Shown: positions 24,145 through 32,684 of the stretch, in pieces
Position numbering within the stretch: position 1 is the first letter of the stretch
How the letters are laid out: the number at the start of each line of letters is the position of its first letter
NCBI GenBank assembly: GCA_021432655.1
Contig: MU271307.1
Location: 1 to 32,684, forward strand
Direction of reading: 5' to 3'
Length of the DNA: 32,684 bases
DNA from: Atractiella rhizophila
Taxonomy: Eukaryota
Program-made: the position numbers and the translations under genes
The notes under the pieces: generated by a model
Told to the model about the DNA's origin: nothing
Seen by the model: only the letters and a program-made list of their open reading frames with translations
Databases searched by the model: none

Positions 24145-24775
24145 TACGGCCGCTACCGGTGAAAATGTTGACCTGTAGACTGCTCGTTGATTATGAGCTG
24201 ATCAAGTCCCCGTGCTTTGCGTTAAACATCTGCCCTGATGCTACACTTCACGGGTTTCCCTCATGTCTGAGCGTCTCATCATGGTGACGCCAGATGATGT
24301 TCCGACAGGCTCAGACTCAAAAGTGAACGGGCACCTCATGTCCAACATCCTCCCTCCCAAGTCTTATCTCCATCGAGCCTTCAGCGCCTTCATCTTCCGG
24401 CCTTCCGATGGTCGTTTGCTCCTTCAGAAGAGGGCAGACGAGAAGATCACGTTCCCTTCATACGGCCGCTACCGGTGAAAATGTTGACCTGTAGACTGCT
24501 CGTTGATTATGAGCTGATCAAGTCCCCGTGCTTTGCGTTAAACATCTGCCCTGATGCTACACTTCACGGGTTTCCCTCATGTCTGAGCGTCTCATCATGG
24601 TGACGCCAGATGATGTTCCGACAGGCTCAGACTCAAAAGTGAACGGGCACCTCATGTCCAACATCCTCCCTCCCAAGTCTTATCTCCATCGAGCCTTCAG
24701 CGCCTTCATCTTCCGGCCTTCCGATGGTCGTTTGCTCCTTCAGAAGAGGGCAGACGAGAAGATCACGTTCCCTTC
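24145..24775 (+). repeat. Direct tandem duplication of 315 bp (24145-24459 and 24461-24775)
   Basis: Two copies appear identical by eye and are separated by a single A; they cover upstream DNA plus the first ~65 IDI codons. Confidence 0.95.
24263..24478 (+). pseudogene. Truncated duplicate of the IDI1 5' coding region
   Basis: Identical to the start of the downstream gene up to KITFPS, then YGRYR*. Confidence 0.85.
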
Positions 24776-25364
24776 GATGTGGACAAACACCTGCTGTTCG
24801 CATCCTCTCTTGCTCGATGCAGAGCGCGAAGAAAAAGGCCAGATGGGTGTGCGCAGAGCTGTACAGAGGAAGTTGCTTCATGAGTTGGGCATACCTTTGG
24901 AGACCATCAAGTTGGACCAAATGGTTTACGTTACGAGGATTCACTATCTCGCTCCGAGTGATGGGAAGTGGGGAGAGCACGAGAGTAGGCCCTGCCCTTT
25001 GTCAGATGGGTGAATGGAGGATGCTAACAAAGGCATGAAATAGTCGACTATGTTATGTTCATCGTTGCCGATGTTCCCCTTGAACCAAGCCCGAATGAGG
25101 TCTCTGATACGAAGTATGTATCGAAAGACGAATTAGAGGCGTTTTTCAAAGATCCCCGTAAGTTCTCAGCTGTAAAGGTGTCAGCGTCTATTGAAACTGA
25201 GAATAGAAAACTCTTTTACTCCCTGGTTCAAGCTGATTGCTCAATCTTTCCTTTACGAATGGTGGGACCATCTACTCGAAGGTGGCAAGGCGGATTTGGA
25301 ACGCGTCAAAGGATTAATCGAAAGTGGGGGCGAGCGTGATACTATTCAGAGAATGGTGGAATGA
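24579..25364 (+). CDS. IDI1: Isopentenyl-diphosphate delta-isomerase type 1; exons 24579-24984, 25044-25157, 25207-25364
   Basis: LHRAFS, LLLQKRADEKITFP, WTNTCCSHP, RKLLHELGI, RIHYLAPSDGKWGEHEIDY, PNEV, FTPWFKLI; both introns are GT-AG and keep frame. Confidence 0.95.
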
Positions 25365-25736
25365 AACCTGCCGTGAATTTATTGGGACTACATTTACCTT
25401 TAATGGAATTCAAGGAATTATTTGCGTTGTCATACGTTGTGCATTCGCGACTGTTATCAATGACTAAGTCTCGGTTCACGGCGCTCCCATTGATGACCCC
25501 AATATTGTTTGCAGGACAAAGGGAAGGAAAGAGAACGTATTCCAGCGTGGTACCAAAAAACTTTAACAAATCCAAGACGATGAGAAAAACACGAGGAAGA
25601 TAACATCTCTGATGTTGCGCAGAAATCGAAACAAACCCGATTCTCAATATTAAGCGATATATACTAGTACCGTACACCATCAATTATAACGATAACAATT
25701 CACGCAATTTCGATTGTTTCATTTCGTTGAGAAAGC

Positions 25737-27009
25737 TCAAGATGTGATGGACGAAGTGCGAGATATTTGAGGATACGACACTTGATAAGCGTTTGGATTG
25801 CTCGATATATTCTTCCCTCCAGTGAAGCCAGGTCCCTTGATGGGGACAGCCTTCTCGTCGTCACCCAACTCTTCTGCGGTTGAATGTTCCTACTCCCCGA
25901 TGAGCTGTGATGGAAATAAAGATTGAATACGAACTCTTTCGACTTGTACGATCGGTTCATGCTGGACCGAAATGGCATTCATGAGCATGCTCGGTGTGTT
26001 TGCCATTGACTTCGGGCCAGTAGTATTTCCCGGCGTAGTGAGGGATTCCCTCATCAGGAGATTCACAAGCAAGGTGATGGAGTAGGCACGGCCAAGATTA
26101 AAAAGCATGCCCGTCGGTACATTGCTGAGATATATCAGCAGAGGACGAGGCCGGGAGCAGGGTACATACGTTGCATTGTTCTGCAAGTAGGTTATCAATG
26201 CTGTGACGGCAATCTGAAGAGAAACGTCAGTCCGAGTTCACCTGAGGGGATGCGACATACTACGGCTGTTGGTGTACTAGTCTCGATTGCGAGCAAGCAC
26301 AATGCTGCAATCAGTTTTCTAGTCTCTGTATAAGTAGGATATGTCAGATGTCAGTCCAGAGAAGAAAGCGAATCCGGCGCACGTTAAAGTTGCTGCCAAG
26401 ATCGGTAACGCAGAAGGTGAATAATCAAGGTAGCAGCAATCACGACATCTGAACTCAAAATCACAAGGTTTGTAAGTCACATAGATCGACTAACCACAGA
26501 GAGCCTTTGTTCCTGCCCATAGAATTGCCGGAACCTTGATATGACCTCTTTCCGTGTATTCCGTGTACTTGATAACTGTGGCAGAGAGCGCGATAGAACC
26601 TGCAAAAGCGAGGAGGGCTAGAACAGCCAATAGGCCAGTGACGATGGGGTTGCGCGATAGGCGGAGGTAACGCTGAATGAAATAGCTCTGAACAATGATG
26701 GCGACGCTGGCTAGGGCGGGGTCAGGTACTGGCTTTTCGTTTGAAAAAGTATGAACCTGTAAGAAGAACGTATGCTGGAAATTGCCACCCTGCAGTCTAT
26801 TTGTCAGACTTCACTGACACAATAGAACAAGACTTACCTTGACGTAGTAGATATGATTCATTTCCCCAGTTTGTTACCGTGTACTCATAAACGCCTGACG
26901 GTGGTCAGGAAAAGAAAACAAAAAAAAGGAACCTACAAGACATTGTCACAGCAGTACACGCCATATCGAGGATACCGCACTGAGCCACCGTCAGTTTGCA
27001 CTCAAAAAT
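25737..27009 (-). pseudogene. DUF6534-like membrane protein gene, 5' part missing at the hAT border
   Basis: Exons read KLTVAQCGILDMACTA, YEYTVTNWGN, IVQSYFIQRY, LIAALCLLAIETSTPTA, LGRAYSITLLVNLLMRESL; the N-terminal exons are not found. Confidence 0.7.
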
Positions 27010-30000
27010 TAGGGAATGTATACGGATTTATATCGAAATCCGTCAAACCCTCAACCCTCCCCACCCCCTACCCGTAGGGGGTCATCCTTGGGTGGCAAGG
27101 GTTCACCCTTCATGGGCACGGGGTGGGGTAGGGGAAGCTCCTCAAAGGTCAGGAACCCGTGGGTTTCCCCTTGTTTACCCGTGCACCCAAAGGCTGTTCT
27201 GACCACCTCCAACGGTTTCGGAACTGGGAACTAGGAAAAGAAACGAAATGTACAGGGATGGATTGAAGAGGTGGCGCGAGCTTGCAATAGCTGGCCATGC
27301 AATGTGAACCAATATCTTCTAAATATTCTTCACGGCGCAAATACGGTGAGCACGTAAGGACCTGTTCAAACTACGTGTCTGGAACAAAGTTCCTTGAAGG
27401 CCAAAGAGCTTTGCGAAATCTATGCGAAAAGCAATTGCAAGAGTGCTAGTAGTCTCACTGGAATGTCAGTAACTCCAATGAGTGGCTTGCAAAGAGTTAC
27501 GGACGAGCATGAAAGCTCATCTGAAGCTGGCATATAAAAGAGAGGAGCCTGGCCACACTTCAAAGATTCTTTAGGCATTAAGATGTCACTGGAAAATTTG
27601 AGAGAGCCTCGAAGGCGAGACATCACTCCTACTTTGCAGCCTGTTGCCCTCGACGCGTTCGAGGATGAAGGTGGCTCGCCTCGTCGATCTCCTCGAAAGC
27701 ATGCTCGAAAGCTTGATAGTGGAAAAAGTCAAAGCAATGATGAGAATTTCAAGTCTTGGACGGATGACGAGATCATTGGTGAGCCCTGGCATGCTTTTGT
27801 ATCATTTTTTGATCGTTCCCACAACTAGATTTTGATCTCCAACGCTGGGGCAAATCCATTACGAAGAAGAATTCGACGCAGCCCAGCTCCTACTCTCACT
27901 TCGAGGAGCGACCTATCCTTCGTCGGGGAACATATGCGAAGAAGACGAAGAACGGTGCTATTGGTGACTTTCGGGTCTTCTATACCTTTCTCTGCAAGGA
28001 GCACCCTGAAGAGCATCGGTTTGAGCGGGCGCGAGATGATCTTTCAACGGGAACGATGCAAAAAAGCGTTGATGAATGTCTCAAGGTCCGCACTGGTTTC
28101 TTCTATGCCACTAATGTCTGATTGTTTGGAGAATAGCGTCACAACGCAAACAAGTCGGCAAAGGAGAAACAAGCAGTTCTGATGCCCAGCGGCGCAAAGG
28201 AGCTTTGGGTACAAACCCTTACTCCGGAGCGCCGTGCTCTTCTTCGACGGGTTTACACAGCGTTGTGGTGTGCCACATCAGCTCGTCCGTTCAACATCAC
28301 GCAAGATAAGTACTATCGAGATGTACTTAAGGTGGGAAATGGAGGAGCAGACCATGTTGCCAACCTGGATCCTCATAAAGTTGCGGGATGACTGCTCCGT
28401 GATCAACGACTACGTGAAGGGAAAGGTCAGGCAGAAGCTGCAAGTTAGTACCTTTTTCTCTAACACTCCAATGTGACTAATGAGTGGCGCAGCTGATCAA
28501 GGGAATGTGCAGCATCAGCCTCGACGGCTGGACGTCGCCGCAGTCCTTCTCCTACGTCCTTGTTTACCTCCATTATCATGAAAAGGGCAGAATGAAGAAG
28601 GCGGGCCTTGCTATGATCCGGTTAGCACTGCTCACTTAAAATGTGCAACCAATAACTGCTCGGCAGCATCACAGAATCACATACGGGCATCACCATTGCG
28701 GAGAAGGTTTACAAGGTGCTTGAGGAGTTTGATGTCTGTGAAAAGGTGACTTCATGTTTCTGACCTTTATCTTTCACTGTCTGCTCAACATGTTCCGACA
28801 AGGTCATCCTTCCCGTCGCTGACAATGCCTCAAACAACGACACCTTCACGAAAGCCCTTGCTGACCTCAACAAGTTCCCTCGGATGGTGCGCTGGGGAGG
28901 ATTGCCTATGCGTGTTAGATGCTTTCCGCATATCTTAAACCTCATTGCAAAGGTTAGCTGTTTTACTAATCCCTTTTGTGTCACTATTGAACTAATAGCG
29001 TGATCATAGGCATTCATCTCACGCTTTAAGCGTCCCGTAACCAAGAAGTCCTCAGTTGACGGAGTTGGGACATCTGTTGCTCTGGATGAAGCTGCATTAG
29101 CAGAACTGGATCGCGAAATCAATGAGTCGGGGTTTGGGGATGAAGCAGACATCATTGGTGAGAGTCCCATAGAGTCTGGTTCATCAGTGCTTACCAGATT
29201 ACAGGCACTTCGGACGAAGCACAGGCTGATGAAGCTGCCATCATGGCAATTGATAACCAAGTCATGGCAACAGAATGCTCCGCGAAACAGGAATGCGAAG
29301 CTCGCTTCACACTCCCCAAGGTTTGCCCAGTTGTTCTGACTTACAACTGAACTTCTGACTGACATTCCGTTGGATCAGGTCACTAATCTGGCCAAGAGGG
29401 TTGAGGATAGTGATGCAATACGCACAAGCCTGGAAACCGAAGTTCTCCAAGCGCAGAAAGACGACCCAGCCGGATTGCTCAAGCACTTCAAGCCGCCAAT
29501 TCACCTTGTTCGTGCTTGCCCCACTCGATGGAACGGTGAAGGTGCAATGGTCAATCGTGCTCTGCAGCTGAGGGAGCCGATTGCAAATGTCTGCGGAAAG
29601 CCAAGGCTGAAGCTGGAGAAATGCCGACTGACAGGGATGGAGTGGTCGATCTTGGATGAACTTGTTCCGTCGTTTGTGTGAGTCGTTTGTCCTTTATGAC
29701 GAGCATGAAGCAATGTGCTGAAATGGATTCTACTCTAGCTCTTTCAGGAGACGAGCGACAAGATGTCACAATCCGACAGCCCAAATCTGGCCCGTGTGAT
29801 ACCAATGTTTAACAACATTGGCATTCACCTTTCCCGGTTGTATGAAGATTATCAGTTGGATGGTGAGTGGCATTTCGCCGACACGCATATGGCTATTCGG
29901 AAGGGTGCAGAGCGTGCCCACAAGCTGCTCGACAAGTATTTCTCAAAGGTAACAGATGAGGCACATATCTGCACTTGGGCTCTTCGTATGCATCTAGTTT

Positions 30001-31040
30001 CGTTGGTGCCATTGCCTGGCTTGCTCAATTTTGCTCATAGTTCTTCACCCAAACCGAAGGACGGCTTATTTGAAGCTGTTGGATTGGGAAACAGCATGGA
30101 TTGCCGAAGCAGTCAACGGCCTGAAAGAGTACTATCAGAAGTATTACACGGTAACCAATACAGCAGAGGCTGATATGAGCCATAAAGTATGTCCTGATTA
30201 TCAACAAATCCAGACTGAAGTATGTTTAGGACCAACATCCACAAAAGAAGATGAAGATGGCATCCTACGATCCGATGATTCAGCAATTGAACGGAGCTCC
30301 TGTCGAAGTGGACTTCCTCACAGAGTTTCTGGAAGCGAAACCAGAAGCCATTGTCCTGCGAGAGGACGGGTTAACAAATGAGCTAGATGCTTTGAGCTAC
30401 CACTACAAGGCTTGGAAGGCAGCTGGGTCGGAGCAGGAGAAAAAGTTCAGGGAGCTTGCCATGGACATTTCCGCCATTCCGTGTTAGTCTCTCCTCCGAA
30501 GTCATTCGTGATTACTCTGACAACTTTCCTGAAGGTTCTTCGACCGACGTTGAGAGGGCTTTTTCGGATGGACGTCCCACTGTTACTCACCTTCGTCACC
30601 GACTTTCGGATGCCAGATTCCGTGCATTGTTGATGCTGAAGCTTTGGGATGAGGATGGGCTCTTGGCAGATGTGAAGGAGTTGGTGAACCTCCTTGAGAA
30701 CAGTGACAGCGAGCGAAAGGAGGCGAGGCAACAGCGGAAGAGGGCGGCTGATGTTGCTGAAATTGTTATTGATTGATTGACAACTGCCTGTGATTTAAAT
30801 ATTTACATGCCTGGCTTGAAATTTATTTAAAAGCCTTGGTTCTGCTCCTGACATCCACAGGTCTAACCCGTACCCTTTCCCCCACGAACATCCACGGGTT
30901 ACCCATGGGAAACCCCGTACACCCAAGGGGAGTACGGGTGAATCCTTCGCGGGTAGGGGGCGGGGTAGGGATGGGATTTTGTACTCTTACCCGCGACGGA
31001 TTTCCCCATGGGGTCACGGGGACCCCGTATACATTCCCTA
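27010..31040 (+). mobile_element. hAT DNA transposon, full length with perfect 16-bp TIRs
   Basis: TAGGGAATGTATACGG (27010-27025) and CCGTATACATTCCCTA (31025-31040); dense acccg/cgggt subterminal repeats at both ends; encloses a transposase gene. Confidence 0.95.
27583..30776 (+). CDS. hAT transposase, multi-intron, with one apparent frameshift near 28386
   Basis: ARPFNITQD, ISLDGWTS, ADNASNNDT, RCFPHILNL, CPTRWN, VLHP, SSTDVERAFS, RHRLSDARFRALLML; D-D-E triad present. Confidence 0.88.
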
Positions 31041-31539
31041 TTAGCCCACAAACCAAACCACGGTGGCTCTCGACGAGCAATCGTGCAAGGATCACCACCA
31101 CTCAAGAACGTTCAAAGCGTAGGAGGGAGTTGTGGTATAAAGGAATAAATAGGAAGAGGGGATGAGAAGAAGAGGATTATGTAGAAACGAAAGCTAGTTA
31201 ATATTTTCGTCTTGATTGATAAATGGGAGAGAGAGGTCTTACCATGGCAGTCTGGTTTATGTACATCCTTTGACTTAAAGAATTACATAATAACATGAAT
31301 GTTGTCAATTTAAAAAGCAGGTGTGATTGCAAATGTAATCACTACTGGAATTGCTCTACGAGCAACAATCTCCAGACTAGTCCAGTGGAGTTGCAACTCC
31401 TTCGTAACGAATAGATCAGAGTACCTTCACTTACTACTGTGTGTCTACAAACAACATGTAGCTCACATCTCACATTTGAACGAATTTCACTGGGGCTTGA
31501 GGACAAAACATGAGTATGAATGAATTTACATCACATTAA

Positions 31540-32225
31540 TCAGAAGACAGTCGAAAATATATGCAGATCAGCATAAATGTTGATGAAAAAATGATCATAG
31601 TAATCCATCACATCGCATCGACGGTTTCCTTCTGGAAATGAGGAATGAGAGGACAAGGATGGATCAGAGTATTGAGAGATATTACTGATGTGGTCACCTC
31701 TCCATCCACTCCGTGTTTCTTCCTGATCTTGAAGAGCCCCGTATTCTTATCAGTCACTCCATCCCTCCTTCTCATACCACTCCACGAAAGCCACTTGCTC
31801 TTTCACTCCTCCTAACTTTAGTTTGAAGATGAGCTTAACTCGACAAACCGACATCCCATCATAACCATCAGCCGCATGAGTAGACCTGTCTGCAACCAGA
31901 GTAATCCTGGTATGTGTCGTCATCTTGAGCTCTCCAGTTAGGATTACGGCGGAGGATTGATTACAGATATGGATACTCGCCGTTTGGTGTTTTGTCTGGT
32001 AGATGAGGCTCGGGATAGCGAAACGTGAGGCTGTAGAAATATCGGACAGCATCGCTGTACTGACTGCTGGCTAGCTCTGGCTTCTTGAGACAACGATGTC
32101 GAGATGCAACGGTAGTAAATGTAATGTTGCACAGCTGAGGGAAGACTTGTTAGATCAGTCCGTGATTGCTGAAGTTGTTCAAGTGTCCTAACTCCTCCTT
32201 GGACTGAACTACCTGTTAGCATGAG
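31540..32225 (-). pseudogene. Plavaka-like transposase C-terminal fragment
   Basis: CRVKLIFKL...VAFVEWY, VISLNTLIHPCPLIPHF and VMDYYDHFFINIYADLHIF match the C-terminal motif series of fungal Plavaka-type transposases; frameshifted; upstream part absent. Confidence 0.65.
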
Positions 32226-32231
32226 AGCAGC

Positions 32232-32684
32232 GCCCAGGTGGTCTGGGCTATCTGACTAAGGCACTCAATTACTGTTTCTTCACCTTGCTGGATCCGACAG
32301 GTCTTACAGAGGGTTTGGGGATGGCAAGGTGCTTTTAAATCTAATTTACCTCCTCGTTTTTTACGGCTCTGTGCATCCAATGGACTCAATCAAGCTGCCA
32401 ATTCAAGTCTCAACCAGGAAGGAAAGAGGCGAGGAACTTGTATGGTCATTTGACCACTTAGGATACAGCGCTGTAAGCTTGCAGTGTGGGACCGAGAAGT
32501 TGCGCTGTTGTCGATGTACCCATATTCTCCCCTTGAGTGTCATCGTTATTGAATGCCCTCTCGCCTCTGCACTTTTCACTCTGTCATCTTCGATTGAAGG
32601 CTGGTGTTTATGGGAATGAAATCCTCGGCACCGGTTCGTAATAGTAGATGCCTTAGGGTTAGGGTTGCGTGTCCTTAGACAAGA
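32232..32684. ncRNA. Structured non-coding repeat, copy 3 (inverted relative to copies 1-2; cut by window end)
   Basis: Reverse-complement homologue of about 5273-5735; contains TTAGGGTTAGGGTT at 32653-32666 where the other copies have a different loop. Confidence 0.6.

Noticed and set aside
26996..27234. Pro/Gly-rich ORFs at hAT ends (also 30823-31165)
   Set aside because: Translations of GC-rich subterminal repeats, not genes.
1..32684. Fanzor/TnpB, reverse transcriptase or TERT partner for the RNA-like element
   Set aside because: No RuvC or RT motifs recognised in any ORF or pseudogene frame I read.

Overview
Eukaryotic, intron-rich fungal DNA, most likely a basidiomycete (DUF6533/DUF6534-type membrane-protein genes; short GT..CTRAC..YAG introns). 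The window is a transposon graveyard: a near-intact hAT with perfect 16-bp TIRs (27010-31040), a decayed DUF659-type hAT, a hAT derivative encoding only a dimerisation-like domain, a deleted Helitron, pogo/Fot1 and Plavaka fragments, and an extremely AT-rich TA-flanked TIR element inside a Zn2Cys6 gene. Host genes are an IPP isomerase (IDI1) with an exact 5' tandem duplication and two membrane-protein genes. The most unusual signal is a ~600-nt non-coding element in three diverged copies (5099-5771, 19543-20141, 32232->32684). The copies share a near-invariant 61-nt core, co-varying helices, a pseudoknot-like pairing and positionally conserved flanking motifs, and carry one hypervariable loop that in copy 3 is pure telomere repeat (TTAGGGTTAGGGTT). 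This could be a telomerase-RNA-like or template/guide RNA family with diversified templates; identity and transcribed strand are unresolved. All calls were made by eye without database searches or folding software.
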